Made by a program: the position numbers and the translations under genes. Shown here piece by piece: positions 63,436 through 64,000 of a stretch of DNA of 64,000 nucleotides (within the stretch, counting starts at the first letter, position 1; the number at the start of each line of letters is the position of its first letter). Under the pieces are notes generated by a model. The model was not told the origin of the DNA. It worked only from the letters and a program-made list of their open reading frames with translations, and did no database searches. The DNA comes from Mobula hypostoma (Eukaryota), in the NCBI RefSeq assembly GCF_963921235.1, contig NC_086118.1:26476001-26540000 (forward strand). The letters run 5' to 3'.

Positions 63436-64000
63436 ATTGAGAACATCCTGCTCATTGGTTAGCATGCCCCGTTATCTCCAGTCATAAACCAAACATTGCT
63501 GCTCAGATAATCTCCAGAATTGCTGACAGCCACCAACATCATCAAAGTCCCTGAATGTCTTCAATCCAAGTTACTGAGAAGGGTTCAGTACTGTTAGTTG
63601 AATTCTTAATGATGAGGCAAATAGCTCAAATAATTCTTCCCTAGAAATCCAAGAACAAACTGAAAACTTCCCAGGAACCTCATTGATGGTATCCATATGA
63701 TAGTCCAGCATTCAATTACTATAACCTTCATGAACACAAGATTTCTCCACTATTCATGTAAAAATGCACAAGGACAGAACTTGTAACCAGATGGCTATAG
63801 TGCAATTTGATTGAAGTTGCCAAAGAATTAAAGGAGAAAGTGTTAGCGTAGATAAACTCTTAAAACCATGGTCTCCTTTCATTCAAGAGTCTAATACTAC
63901 TGGAAACAGTCCAAAATTAACAGTTAGGTTTGTCTGAAGTGCTATTAAGAAATTATTTCAAATGCATAGTAAGCTGAATATTTAGAACTCTCTTTGGTGA

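Overview
Vertebrate genomic DNA, AT-rich and dominated by transposon remnants; the repeat families suggest a cartilaginous fish such as a ray (inference). The only host coding sequence I can support is one 93-nt exon on the minus strand (1541-1633) of a USP43-like deubiquitinase. I found no convincing upstream exon, so most of the window is probably one very large intron. It holds many CR1 and Rex/Babar-type LINE fragments, Neptune-type Penelope-like elements (PLEs) with minimal hammerhead ribozymes (several as palindromic insertions), a near-full-length but mutated HERO-like restriction-endonuclease (RLE) non-LTR retrotransposon, three solo LTRs, Tc1/mariner, Tigger and hAT-type DNA elements, old SINEs and two minisatellites. 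The best candidate novelty is the 3' UTR of the HERO-like element (29250-29367). It can be folded by hand into a hammerhead ribozyme with every core nucleotide in register, but with its strands in a non-canonical order, closed by a consensus kink-turn and with two extra helices inserted at the A9/G10.1 position. Element boundaries are approximate unless a TSD or TIR is given. All RNA folds are manual and untested.
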